This document shows positions 1 to 10,883 of a stretch of 64,000 nt of DNA, one piece after another. Each line of letters begins with the position of its first letter. The first letter of the stretch is position 1. A model generated the notes under the pieces. The model was not told the origin of the DNA. It saw only the letters and a list, made by a program, of their open reading frames with translations, and did not search any database. The translations under genes and the position numbers were made by a program. The DNA lies in NCBI GenBank assembly GCA_963710605.1, contig CAVQBA010000004.1, positions 320,001 through 384,000 of the forward strand, read 5' to 3'. This DNA is from an uncultured cyanobacterium. GTDB lineage: Bacteria > Cyanobacteriota > Cyanobacteriia > Cyanobacteriales > Cyanobacteriaceae.

Positions 1-16
1 AAAAGGATAGTTACAA

Positions 17-259
17 GTGTCTAAAACTAACTGGTTTGAACAGATTCCTCAGTGGATATGGTTGTCATTTATCCCCGTCATCGGTGGTGTTGCTCATATT
101 TATGCAGGTTGGCAAACAAAAAAAATCAAATGGATGTATTGGGGTGGTGGTTTTATTGTTGGTTCGATCGTTTTAGGTCATTTTATCCCTCATTTATCAT
201 TTTTGATTTGGACAGGGCAAATTGTTACCGCTTATACATTTGTTGTTAAATTCACTTGA
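17..259 (+). CDS. Small hydrophobic membrane protein, probably a truncated N-terminal membrane module of a cyanobacterial helix-hairpin-helix (ComEA-like) protein
   Basis: GTG start after AAGGA; 80 aa with three hydrophobic segments (WIWLSFIPVIGG, WMYWGGGFIVG, FLIWTGQIV); family assignment from recall only. Confidence 0.4.
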   Translation: MSKTNWFEQIPQWIWLSFIPVIGGVAHIYAGWQTKKIKWMYWGGGFIVGSIVLGHFIPHLSFLIWTGQIVTAYTFVVKFT

Positions 260-401
260 AAACTTGTATGATACATCGATCGATATGAGTAATAATCTTG
301 ATTATAGTTACTGACTAAAACGATCGTGCGTGGTATTTAAAATTAGAGAATAGTAATTGTAATTGATTAAATAAAAAAAGTATCTATTTTAAACTTATTT
401 T

Positions 402-2093
402 TCATGAAGATGATTTTCGTCGTTTGTTTGTAAATTTTCTTATGACATTACGACTAATTTTTGTGAGCCTATTAATTTTCACATTCTTTAAATTAGTACC
501 ATACAATTTTACGTTTCTTACATTAGCATTTTCTAAATCAGCATTTCTCAAATTAGCATTTCTCAAATTAGCACTTGCTAAGTTAGCTCCGTTCAAAATA
601 ACATTTTTTAAATTAGCATTTCTTAAATTAGCATTTCTTAAATTAGCACTTTTTAAAATAGCATTTCTTAAATTAGCACCTTTCAAATTAGCATCTTTTA
701 AATTGACATACTGTAAATCGACAGACTGTAAATTGGCATTTCGTAAATTAGCACTCTCCAAATTGGTACTTATTGAATTAGCACCTTTTAAATTAGCACT
801 TATTAAATTAGCGTTTTTTAGATTAGTAGATTGTAAATAGGTATTTATTAAATTCACATTTTCTAGATTAGCATTTTCTAAATTCGCATTTTCTAAATTA
901 GTACCTTTCAAATTAGCGTTTTCTAAATTCGCATTTTCTAAATTAGCCCTTTGTAAATTAGCACCAGATAAATCTACTCTAGATAAATCAACATCAGATA
1001 AATCTACTCGAAATAAATTAGCACCTTTTAAAGCAACACCAGATAAACTAACACCTTTTAAAGTAACACCCGATAAATTGGCATTCATTAAATTAGCATT
1101 TTCCCAATTTACATTTCGTAAATTAGCACCAGATAAATTAGCACCAGATAAATCAATACTAGATAAATTAATCCCAGATAAATTAGCGTTTTGTAAATTA
1201 GCACCTTTTAAATTAACACCAGATAAATCAACACTTTGTAAATTAGCACTAGATAAATCAACACCTTGTAAATTAGCACCATACAAATTAGTATTTTGTA
1301 AATTAACACCATACAAATCAGCATTCTGCAAATTAGCATTTTGTAAATTAGTATTCCTTAAATTTGTACGCCGTAAATTGGCATTTTTCAAATTAGTATT
1401 TTCTAAATTAGTACTTTCTAAGTTAAATCCGTACAAATTAGCATTTTGTAAATTAGTATTTTTTAAATTTTTACCCTGTAAATTAATCTTTTCGAAGTAA
1501 ATATCGCATAATGTAGCTCCTTCTAAATTGACATTATCTAAATTAGTATTATCTAAATTAGTACCTCGTAAAATAGCGTTTTTAAGTTGTGCATTGGTAA
1601 AATCAACATTTTTTAAATCAATATTCTCTAAATTAAGTTCACTAAAATTTGTATATTCGAGATAAATTGTATGATTATTATCTTGTTTCCATTTATTCCA
1701 TACAGATGTGTGATAAGAAATAATTGTTCTTAGTATTTTTTGTTCTTCATCATATCTTCTTCTTTAGAATTCAAAGCTGACAAAATTAATTGTTGAGGTA
1801 TTTCTGGCAGTTTCAACATTTCAATAAATGTTTGCTCGGGCATTTGGGCAAATAAATTAGGATTACTCAAGAAATATAAATCTAAGACAGGATTTGCTAA
1901 TAATTGAGAAGGAAAATTCTTCCCCTAACTCAAATAGTATTTCTAGAGGCGTATTAGGATTATTTACTAAGGCTATTTGAATTTCATGACATAAATAGTG
2001 GTCTTGATAAATTTGTTTTAAACGATTGGGAGATGTGTTTTCGTCCTTTGCTTGTTTGATGAGATTATCTATTTCAAATTCATGCTGATTCAT
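402..2093 (-). CDS. Pentapeptide-repeat protein with N-terminal leucine-rich-variant (NPNTP) domain; split by two frameshifts (~1915, ~1760)
   Basis: 402..1436 is A(N/D)Lxx repeats, and that frame stays open upstream to ~1760 (DEEQKILRTIISYHTSVWNKWK...). ORF 1863..2108 (ALVNNPNTPLEILFELGEEF) continues after a 1-nt shift as PSQLLANPVLDLYFLSNPNLF... Confidence 0.75.
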
Positions 2094-2341
2094 TTTGAAT
2101 ACAATCAACTTTAGTTTGTTTTCTTTCGATTAGTATAGCTAAATTAAGTAGAACATTATTGTTCACTGCATCTATCAATTACTAATCAAAAGAAAACTAT
2201 CTTCATTACTTTAGTTACTAAATTTGTTACTTGTATGGAATAATAGATTTACAGTTCAGCAGATTAAAATCGGCGATCGAGCATCATACTAGTTTAATTA
2301 AAATGAATAGAGGACTTCAATTTTAATATGATAGCGATCGA

Positions 2342-2645
2342 TTATTTATAAACATCTCCTCAGAGCCAATAACATAATTATCCAATTAGAAGGTTTCGAT
2401 CGACAGTGAAAATAATTCTAATGTTGCCAATTCTAAGACTATAAAACCCTTCCAAAATATCTCCTTTCAGGAGAAATAAAATTTTTTTGCAAATTTAACT
2501 CAGTAAAAGGGTATAGATGAAGTGAAACTTTTTTCTTCGATCGCAACAAATAGTTGTCTAAGTTAATTCTGAATCTTGACAATTGATCTTGAGTTGTAAC
2601 TCGTTGCAAAAATTTAACTGCTTGTTTGCGAAATGTTACCGCCAT
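2342..2645 (-). pseudogene. RelE/ParE-family toxin, multiply frameshifted
   Basis: Fragments MAVTFRKQAVKFL..., PFTEL, EGFYSLRIGNIRIIFTVD and GDVYK-stop lie in different frames. Confidence 0.7.
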
Positions 2646-2841
2646 TATTTACCCAATCTGTCAGATCGATTATTTCGTCATTTTCATAGTCCGAAGGCGA
2701 ACCAAATTCCTGTTGCTATTTCTGCGTTGTTCTTCATTTTGTAACGTAGGGAATTAAAGAATCACAAAGCTTTAGTCTTTCTTCTTCTAACACTTCTCTC
2801 ACACTTTCTTTAATTAAATCTTTTAGTTTTTGTGTTTCCAT
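2614..2841 (-). pseudogene. Cognate antitoxin of the RelE-like toxin, frameshifted, overlapping the toxin start
   Basis: METQKLKDLIKESVREVLEEERLKLC...IPYV / EFGSPSDYENDEIIDLTDWV; small acidic ORF directly upstream of and overlapping the toxin. Confidence 0.6.
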
Positions 2842-2962
2842 TTTTTGTGAATACAGGTGAGTATGGTTTTTACTAAGTAGGATTGGTCATACAGGCACTT
2901 ATTAATTATCCACCTTAACAAATTTATTACTTAATTTAGCGGTAACTTATTATCGATATTAA

Positions 2963-3322
2963 TTAGTTAGTTCTTTTATAGCTTTTAATACCTTGGGAAT
3001 TTCTATTAGTGATAGAACAGTCACGATCGATTGTAGCTCTATAATTACGGGAAACAGGAGTTATAGTTCGTCCGTTTTGCTTGAATAACATTGAATCACC
3101 TTCTAAAACATTATTCTTACGTGTTGCTCTAGTTAAGTATTCGTCGCCGTCATACCAAGTTGAGATCATTATTACACTATCTCCTTCTTGTATCACAGTA
3201 GTAACACCTTTTCCTGAGCCATATGAATAATCATAAATTCCTGTTAAATCTGAGCATACCGTTTGAGCAACAACAGGTTGTGGAGAAAGGCTACTTGCTA
3301 ATAAAAATAGTAAAAACATCAT
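2963..3322 (-). CDS. Hypothetical secreted protein
   Basis: Signal-peptide-like N-terminus (MFLLFLLASSLSPQPVVAQ), two Cys, beta-rich mature part. Confidence 0.6.
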   Translation of the reverse strand: MMFLLFLLASSLSPQPVVAQTVCSDLTGIYDYSYGSGKGVTTVIQEGDSVIMISTWYDGDEYLTRATRKNNVLEGDSMLFKQNGRTITPVSRNYRATIDRDCSITNRNSQGIKSYKRTN

Positions 3323-3594
3323 ATTTTTCTCTCAAATGTAGAATGTCGGATGATAAACTAATCTGTAACTATATAATTATACTGATTTTAAACAAAATTA
3401 CAACCTCTAAGACAATTTAAGTAATAAAGTGTCGAACATTTGATTTAATTGTTTACTTTTAGTTCGGATACGCAATGACATCTCAATACCCTACATATTT
3501 AAATAATTAGTAATTACTAATTGTTCATAGTACATTGTAGTTATGTTAAAAATAGAAGTAAAGACATAAAAGAAACAATCAACAAAAGACTAAA

Positions 3595-5060
3595 ATGGTT
3601 ATTCAAACACCCGAATGGGTCAAAGATGCAGTTTTTTATCAAATATTTCCCGATCGATTTGCGATCGCCAAAGCACCTCATCAATATCGTAACTACTGGC
3701 AAGGAACAAATTTAGAACTTTGGGATGAACGTACCAGAATTACAAAGCTATAAAGGCGGTAACTTTTGGGGAATTATCGAAAAACTAGACTACATCAAAG
3801 ACTTGGGCGTAAATGCCATCTATTTTACCCCCGTATTTCAATCCACAGCCAATCATCGTTATCACACCCACGACTACTATCAAATCGATCCTCTTTTAGG
3901 AGGTGGTTATGCTTTCGAGCGATTTTTGGATGAAGCCCACAAACGAGACATCAAAGTTGTTTTGGACGGTGTATTTAATCATTCAGGGAGAGGTTTTTTC
4001 TTCTTTAGTGATATTTTAGAAAATGGTCCTTATTCACCTTGGGTGGAATGGTTTCAAATCAAAAAATGGCCAATATCTGCTTTTAATGGCTCTTATCCTG
4101 CGAATTATGAATGTTGGGTTGATAATCGTGCTTTGCCTAAATTTAATCATGATAACCCTCAAGTTAAAGAATATATCATGCAAGTAGGTGAATATTGGAT
4201 TGAAAAAGGAATAGATGGTTGGCGTTTAGATGTGCCAGATGAAGTAGAAACAGAAGGTTTTTGGGAAGAATTTAGAGACAGAGTTAAAAAAATTAATCCT
4301 GATGCTTATATTGTTGGTGAAATTTGGACTCCTGCGGAAAAATGGTTAGATGGTAAACAATTTGATGGGGTGATGAATTATCAGTTTACTGAATCGACGA
4401 TTGCTTTTTGTGGTGGTAACAGAATTGAAAAAGATTATGTCAAAGTTACCTCCTTATCATCCTTATCCTGCTTTAAATGCTTCTGAGTATGCCGAAAAAA
4501 TTAAAGAGTTATTTGATCGTTACGATTGGCAAATACATCTAGCTCAATTAAATATTTTAGCAAGTCATGATACTGCTCGATTATTAACTGTAGTAGAAGA
4601 TGATGTTGATACAGTTAAATTAGCAAATTTACTACTATTTACTTTCCCTGGTGCACCTAGTATTTATTATGGTGATGAAGTTGGTTTAGTAGGCGGAATT
4701 GATCCTGATTCTCGTCGTAGTTTCCCTGAAAAAGAAAAATGGAATCAAGATATTTATGCTTACCATAAAAAATTGATTGAACTACGTAAACAACATCCTG
4801 CTTTAAGAAGAGGAGATTACCAAGTTTTATTTGCTGATGATAATGTTTATCTTTTTAGTCGTAGTTATGAAGGCGAAACGATTGTTATTGCTCTTAATAA
4901 TGATACCGAATCTGCACAAGTTAAGCTTGATGCTTCTAAATATAATCTTGAGATTAAAGAAGTTTTATTTGGAGATAATACTTTTACCACCGAAGAAACA
5001 GAAGACGGTACAAATTTGGTCATTCAACTACAACCTCGTAGTGGCGTGATGCTTAAATAA
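3595..5060 (+). CDS. GH13 neopullulanase/cyclomaltodextrinase-type alpha-amylase; two frameshifts (~3730, ~4445)
   Basis: [22 protein letters not shown] from ATG 3595; DGVFNH, DGWRLDV, VGEIW, ASHD and [10 protein letters not shown] motifs across three frames. Confidence 0.9.
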
Positions 5061-5120
5061 ATTTGTAATTACCTACACAATTAGAAAACGGCAAAAATAT
5101 TCACAGGCACTAACGTTACA

Positions 5121-5152
5121 TAGTAGAGACAAGGCATGCCTTGTCTCTACTA
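5121..5152. repeat. GTAG-type REP, perfect 32-bp palindrome, inside a decayed MITE-like unit ending in TTGGAGATGTCTA (~5171)
   Basis: TAGTAGAGACAAGGCA|TGCCTTGTCTCTACTA. Confidence 0.85.
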
Positions 5153-5236
5153 CAATTATTGGAGATGTCTAATATTTAGGTAGTCATAAATTCATTTAGC
5201 TATAATATCAAGCTAATCACAAAATCAATCTTATTA

Positions 5237-5419
5237 CTAAAAACGAGTAAAACTAGCAAAAACATAACCAAAAAAGATTCCAATTGCAAATGCCCAAATT
5301 TGTCCTGTTTCAACAAAATTTTTCCAAGCATCTGTCATTTGCCCAATAATATCAGGATCTTGAATTACTTGAGCAAAAATAATATTATTTACTAGCAAAT
5401 CATTAACTATAATATCCAT
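5237..5419 (-). CDS. Small conserved cyanobacterial membrane protein
   Basis: 60 aa, ...WKNFVETGQIWAFAIGIFFGY... with a C-terminal TM helix. Confidence 0.7.
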   Translation of the reverse strand: MDIIVNDLLVNNIIFAQVIQDPDIIGQMTDAWKNFVETGQIWAFAIGIFFGYVFASFTRF

Positions 5420-5589
5420 TTTTAATATTCCTAAATATCTCTACGTATTCTTAAAAGATTATCTTAACTATTGAAATTATGAGTTATCTTTTTTATTTTT
5501 GGTAATTAATAAATTTTCGCTCGCTAATAGTCAACAAAGGCTAAAGGTAATGAGTAACGAGTAACGAGTAACGAGTAAAAAAATAACTT

Positions 5590-7275
5590 TTAACTTTTAA
5601 CTATTGATGTTTCCCACCGACTAGCTATGGGCATTTTCCATCCTGTGCCAAATGCTCGATCGGTTATTTTCAATCCAGGTGGTGCTTGTTTACGTTTAAA
5701 TTCGGCTCTGGCAACTAATTTGGTTATTTTAGTAATTGTAGCTAAATCATGTCCTGATTTTTGTATTTGTGCGATCGATTGATGTTGATTAATATAACGA
5801 TCGAGAATATCATCCAAAATATCATAAGCAGGTAAAGAATCTTGGTCAACTTGATCGGGTTTTAATTCCGCACTAGGAGGCTTAGTGATAATGTTACTGG
5901 GTATAACCTCTTGAGAACGATTTAACCAACGACATAAAGCAAAAACCTTGGTTTTAGGCACATCTGCAATTACAGCTAAACCACCATTCATATCACCATA
6001 GAGTGTACAATAGCCGACAGACATTTCTGATTTGTTACCAGTAGAAAGTAACAGGTAACCAAACTTATTAGCGATCGCCATTAACAACGTACCACGAATA
6101 CGAGATTGAATATTTTCTTCAGCCACACCAAATTCTGTCTTAGCGAACAATGTATCTAAAATACTGTCAAAACTTTCCATCGCTGGTTTGATGGGCATTA
6201 TGGTACTATTTATGCCTAAATTATCGACTAAATCCTGAGCATCTGTAACTGAATGACTTGAGCTATAAACCGAAGGCATTAAAACAGCCAAGACATTTTC
6301 TTTACCTAAAGCTGATACAGCAATAGCGGCAACTAAAGCCGAATCTATACCGCCACTTAAACCTAAAACAACTTGACTAAATCCGCATTTACGAGCATAA
6401 TCTTTGACTCCCAATACCAAAGCATGATAAATTTCTTCTTCTTCGCTTGAATTAGTTTTAATGACAGTATTTGTTGAAGAGACAAAATTTTTGTTTGTGA
6501 CATCGTAATCTATATATACCAAATCTTCTTCGTAAGCTTTTGCTTTAATAACTAATTCTCCTGTGGAGTTAATAGCTAAACTGTTACCATCAAAAATTAA
6601 ATCATCGTTACCGCCTATTTGATTCACATAAACGATCGATTTATTATATTGTTTAGCAATATGAGTCAACATCGCTTCTCTGACTTTTTGTTTACCGACT
6701 GTGTAAGGAGAAGCTGATAAATTGACAATCAAATCTACATCTAAATTGACCAAATCAGAAATAGGATTAAAATCATAACTTTTTTTACCCCAAAATTGAG
6801 CTTCATTCCATAAGTCTTCACAGATAGTTACGCCGATCGTAATGTCATTAAGTTTAAAGTAATTAGGCTCATTACCACTACTAAAATAACGATCTTCCTC
6901 AAAAACATCATAGGTAGGTAATAATCTTTTATGAAATAGTTGTTTAATTTGACCATCACCAATTAAAGCCACGCTATTATAAAGCGGTTTTTTTCCTTCA
7001 ATAAAAGCCTGTGGATTACGAGTAACTATACCAACTAAAACTTGTATTTGTGGGGGAATTTCTTGGGCAAGTTTTATTAACTGTGCTTGGATTTGATTGA
7101 TAAAACTATCTTTAAGTAACAAGTCTTTAGGAGGATAACCACAAAGAGATAATTCAGGAGTTAGTAATAAATCCGCTCCCGATTCTACAGCTAAAATAGC
7201 TTTTTCTTTAATTTGTTGAGCGTTTTGAGTCAAATCTCCAATAATTGGATTTAGCTGAGCGATCGCACACTTCAT
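5590..7275 (-). CDS. nadE: Glutamine-dependent NAD+ synthetase
   Basis: Nitrilase-like N domain (TPELSLCGY, ICEDLW) plus GLSGGIDS, TGNKSE and GYCTLYGD. Confidence 0.97.
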   Translation of the reverse strand: MKCAIAQLNPIIGDLTQNAQQIKEKAILAVESGADLLLTPELSLCGYPPKDLLLKDSFINQIQAQLIKLAQEIPPQIQVLVGIVTRNPQAFIEGKKPLYNSVALIGDGQIKQLFHKRLLPTYDVFEEDRYFSSGNEPNYFKLNDITIGVTICEDLWNEAQFWGKKSYDFNPISDLVNLDVDLIVNLSASPYTVGKQKVREAMLTHIAKQYNKSIVYVNQIGGNDDLIFDGNSLAINSTGELVIKAKAYEEDLVYIDYDVTNKNFVSSTNTVIKTNSSEEEEIYHALVLGVKDYARKCGFSQVVLGLSGGIDSALVAAIAVSALGKENVLAVLMPSVYSSSHSVTDAQDLVDNLGINSTIMPIKPAMESFDSILDTLFAKTEFGVAEENIQSRIRGTLLMAIANKFGYLLLSTGNKSEMSVGYCTLYGDMNGGLAVIADVPKTKVFALCRWLNRSQEVIPSNIITKPPSAELKPDQVDQDSLPAYDILDDILDRYINQHQSIAQIQKSGHDLATITKITKLVARAEFKRKQAPPGLKITDRAFGTGWKMPIASRWETSIVKS

Positions 7276-7410
7276 ATTTCAGAATTAAGAGTTAAAAGTT
7301 AAGAGTTAAGAGTTTTTGAGTATATTTAATTCTCAATTCTCAATTACTATTGTACTGTGTTAAACTAACTCGAAAGTTAATCTTAGTTACTGTGCTATTT
7401 TTTCGTTGAG

Positions 7411-8566
7411 ATGAAAATTCCCATTCTTGATTTAAAGCCTCAATATCAACAAATTAAAACCGAAATCGATAGTGCGATCGCTTCTGTCTTACAATCGACA
7501 CAATTTGTATTACGAACCAGAAGTACAAAAATTAGAAAGTGAAATAGCCGATTATTTGGGCGTTAAGTATGCCATTGGTGTAAATTCTGGTACGGATTCT
7601 TTAATTATCGCTTTAAGAAGTTTAAATATTGGTGAAGGGGATGAGGTTATCACAACACCTTTTTCTTTTTATGCTACTGCTGAATCAATTAGTATTGTCG
7701 GGGCAAAACCTGTATTTGCTGATATTCAAGCCGATAGTTTTAATCTTGATCCGCAGACAATAACTGATAAAATTACCAGTAAAACTAAAGCGATTATGCC
7801 CGTGCATATCTATGGGCAACCAGTGGCAATGAGTCAGATAAAAGCGATCGCTACTGAGTATAATTTAAAAATAATTGAAGATTGTGCTCAAGCATTTGGG
7901 GCAGTTTATCATGGAGATTGCGTCGGTTGTGAACAAAATTGTGATGCCAATATACGTGATAACTTAACAGGTAAATATGTTGGCAGTATGGGGGATGTAG
8001 GGGCATATTCATTTTACCCAACCAAAAATTTAGGTGCTTACGGCGATGGCGGGATGATAGTAACTAACGATGAAAAAGTTGCCGACTTAGCCCGTATGTT
8101 AAGAGTACATGGTGCGAAGAAAAATTACCATAATGAATTGTTAGGTTACAATTCTCGTTTAGATAGCTTACAAGCTTGTATCTTAAGAGTTAAGTTAAAT
8201 TATATTGACAAATGGAATAACGATCGACGTACAGTTGCTCAAACTTATAACAAGTTTCTCAAAGATTTACCTGATATAATTGCTCCTGAGATTACTAAAG
8301 GACACGTTTTTCATCAATATACAATTAGAGTAACTAATGGTAAAAGAGATGAGTTAAAAGAATTTTTAGCCAGTCAAGGTATTGGTAGTATGATTTATTA
8401 TCCAACTCCTCAAGATCAATTACCAGTATATAAAGGGCAATATCCAACTTCTCCTGTATCAACAAAACTAGCAGAAGAAGTATTGAGTTTGCCTATATAC
8501 CCTGAATTATCTTTAGATGATGTCAAAATAGTTGCCGAAACGATCGCCCAGTTTAATAATGAATAA
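7411..8566 (+). CDS. DegT/DnrJ/EryC1/StrS PLP-dependent sugar aminotransferase; frameshift at ~7514
   Basis: ATG 7411 gives MKIPILDLKPQYQQIKTEIDSAIASVLQSTQFVL, then PEVQKLE in the next frame; NSGTDSL, EDCAQA, SFYPTKNLG. Confidence 0.9.
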
Positions 8567-8690
8567 TAGTAAAAATGCGATAATTTAACTCGCCTTGCAA
8601 TGAATTGACAAGGCTAACAGAATCCGTTTAATAAATTAAACTCTTTATTTAAAGCTCACAATTGTCTCATTTTTATTTGAAATAACTATA
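8566..8690 (+). mobile_element. MITE-like dispersed element, family A (partial copy)
   Basis: CCTTG..CAAGG hairpin, core CGTTTAATAAATTAAACT (8625-8642) and right end TGTCTCATTTTTATTTGAAATAACTATA, shared with 19168-19330. Confidence 0.7.
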
Positions 8691-8736
8691 ATAATCAAGT
8701 TTATTTTTTACTTTTTACTTTTTACTTTTTAATTTG

Positions 8737-9753
8737 ATGTCTGTGCAAATACCGTCTAAATTCTCTCAACCACTCAAAATAGGCTCTGTCAAGATTAATA
8801 GTCGAGTATTGCAATCCCCTCTTTCTGGGGTAACAGACATGGTATTTCGGCGTTTAGTCCGTCGCTATGCCCCTGATTCGATGACTTATACAGAGATGGT
8901 GAACGCCACTGAGATTCATCACCTCAAAACCTTACCTCGCTTGATGGAAATAGCGGATGACGAGCAACCGATTAGTATTCAACTATTTGATTGTCGTCCT
9001 GATTTTATCGCTCAAGCGGCAGAAAAAGCAGTTAATGAAGGTGCAAAAACGATCGATATTAACATGGGTTGCCCTGTTAACAAAATCACCAAAAAAGGTG
9101 GTGGTTCAAAATTACTCAGACAACCAGAAATAGCCCAAGCAATAGTCGAACAAGTCAGACAGGCAGTTGATGTACCCGTTACTGTCAAAACTCGTATCGG
9201 TTGGAGTGATAACGAAATTAATATTCTAGATTTTGCAGGGCGAATGGAACAAGCTGGTGCTAGTATGATTACTATTCACGGACGCACTCGTGAACAAGGT
9301 TATACTGGTACTGCAAAATGGGATGTGATTGCTCAAGTTAAGCAAAAACTAACTATTCCTGTGATTGCTAATGGTGATATTTTTTCCGTGCAAGATGCCA
9401 TTCGTTGTTTAGAAGTTACTCAAGCAGATGGAATTATGTGTTCTCGTGGTACTTTAGGTTATCCTTTTTTAGTCGGACAAATCGATCATTATTTGAAAAC
9501 AGGCGAATTTTTACCTTTACCAACCCTCAAACAACGTTTAGATTGTGCTAAAGAGCATTTAATTGGTTTATGGGAATATAAAGGGCAAAGAGGTCTTTTT
9601 CAGTCTCGTAAACATCTATCATGGTATTGTCAGGGTTTCCGTGGTGCGGCGGCATTAAGAGATAAATGTTCTCGGATTAATACGGTTGAGGAAGGATTGG
9701 TTTTATTAGATAATGCGATTAACAGCAATGTACAGTTGACAGTTGACAATTGA
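8737..9753 (+). CDS. dusB: tRNA-dihydrouridine synthase B
   Basis: PLSGVTD, IDINMGCP, VTVKTRIGW, IHGRT, IANGDI. Confidence 0.92.
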   Translation: MSVQIPSKFSQPLKIGSVKINSRVLQSPLSGVTDMVFRRLVRRYAPDSMTYTEMVNATEIHHLKTLPRLMEIADDEQPISIQLFDCRPDFIAQAAEKAVNEGAKTIDINMGCPVNKITKKGGGSKLLRQPEIAQAIVEQVRQAVDVPVTVKTRIGWSDNEINILDFAGRMEQAGASMITIHGRTREQGYTGTAKWDVIAQVKQKLTIPVIANGDIFSVQDAIRCLEVTQADGIMCSRGTLGYPFLVGQIDHYLKTGEFLPLPTLKQRLDCAKEHLIGLWEYKGQRGLFQSRKHLSWYCQGFRGAAALRDKCSRINTVEEGLVLLDNAINSNVQLTVDN

Positions 9754-9787
9754 CAATCAAATACGACTTAAAATTATTTTATTAGTA

Positions 9788-9943
9788 GTAGGATGGGTTA
9801 GATAATTATTAATTAAAAACTTAAAGAAAGTCTTTTATAACTAAGCCGTAACCCATCATTAAACACCTTGTTATTTTCGTTGGGTTTCGCTTTTTTAGAT
9901 ATTGTTATATCTGTAAATTATTTGAAAACTCAACCCAACCTAC
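9788..9943. repeat. GTAG-REP doublet (BIME-like)
   Basis: GTAGGATGGGTTA...TAACCCATC and GTTGGGTT...AACCCAACCTAC; 9879-9943 is the reverse-complement homologue of 19099-19164. Confidence 0.75.
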
Positions 9944-10072
9944 AATTAATGAATAAAGTGGTTAATACAAATATAATTATTAGTTTTTAGCTTGTAAAAA
10001 AAATTAACTATTAAATAATACTAACGATTTAATAATTATAAAAATTAATTAAAAAATATTTAATATAAAAGA

Positions 10073-10711
10073 ATGTTAATAACTAAAAATAACGATCGAG
10101 AAAGAGATAATATATCGATAGAATATCCGATCGTCGAAACGTTTCACTCAATTCAAGGGGAAGGTTTTTGGGCTGGATGTAATGCTTTTTTCATCAGACT
10201 CGCAGGTTGTGAAGTACATTGCCCTTGGTGCGACCAAAAAGAAACTTGGTCAACAAAAAATTATCCTTTATATACACCTGAAAAACTATTAAAAGAAGTT
10301 CAAAAAATAAAGACAAAGCATATTATTATTACAGGTGGAGAACCTTTATCACACGACCTTTATCCGCTTACTAAAACATTACAAAAAAGCGGTGCTAAAA
10401 TTCATCTAGAAACATCAGGTGCTTATCCGCTTACAGGTTATTTTGATTGGGTAACTTTATCACCAAAGACTTATAAAATACCACACGAGAGTATTTACGA
10501 TCGAGTTAGTGAATTAAAAGTAGTTATCGATAATCAAGACGACTTAATTTGGGCAGAATCTGAAGCTCAAAAAACTAAGCAAGATATTCCTAAATATTTA
10601 CAACCACAATGGGATAATCCTGATAGTCAAAATTTGATTTTTCAATATGTTCTCAAAAATCCTCAATGGCGATTGGGTTTACAAACTCATAAATATTTAG
10701 GAGTAAGGTAA
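10073..10711 (+). CDS. queE: 7-carboxy-7-deazaguanine synthase (radical SAM)
   Basis: ETFHSIQGEG, FIRLAGCEVHCPWCD (CxxxCxxC), ITGGEP, LQTHKYL. Confidence 0.93.
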   Translation: MLITKNNDRERDNISIEYPIVETFHSIQGEGFWAGCNAFFIRLAGCEVHCPWCDQKETWSTKNYPLYTPEKLLKEVQKIKTKHIIITGGEPLSHDLYPLTKTLQKSGAKIHLETSGAYPLTGYFDWVTLSPKTYKIPHESIYDRVSELKVVIDNQDDLIWAESEAQKTKQDIPKYLQPQWDNPDSQNLIFQYVLKNPQWRLGLQTHKYLGVR

Positions 10712-10820
10712 ATAATAATGGAGAATTGTTCAGTAAGAGAATTGAGAATGAATAGATAATTTATACTGTGCCTGTTGAAGTATGGAGAAAAAATACGGTT
10801 GATACTTCTTCTTGCACTCT

Positions 10821-10883
10821 CCCTATTCCCTATTCCCTATTCCCTATTCCCTATTCCCTATTCCCTATTCCCTATTCCCTATT
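10821..10883. repeat. Heptamer tandem repeat (CCCTATT)x9, STRR-like, overlapping the carA stop
   Basis: Read directly from the sequence. Confidence 0.95.

Noticed and set aside
424..1500. Plus-strand ORFs 424..840 and 1078..1500 (KLAF repeats)
   Set aside because: Antisense shadows of the pentapeptide-repeat gene
10073..10711. queE as part of a 7-deazaguanine DNA-modification (dpd) island
   Set aside because: No dpdA or other dpd/que genes adjacent; the context is housekeeping
10821..10883. Heptamer arrays or family A repeats as a CRISPR array
   Set aside because: No repeat-spacer periodicity with unique spacers and no cas genes
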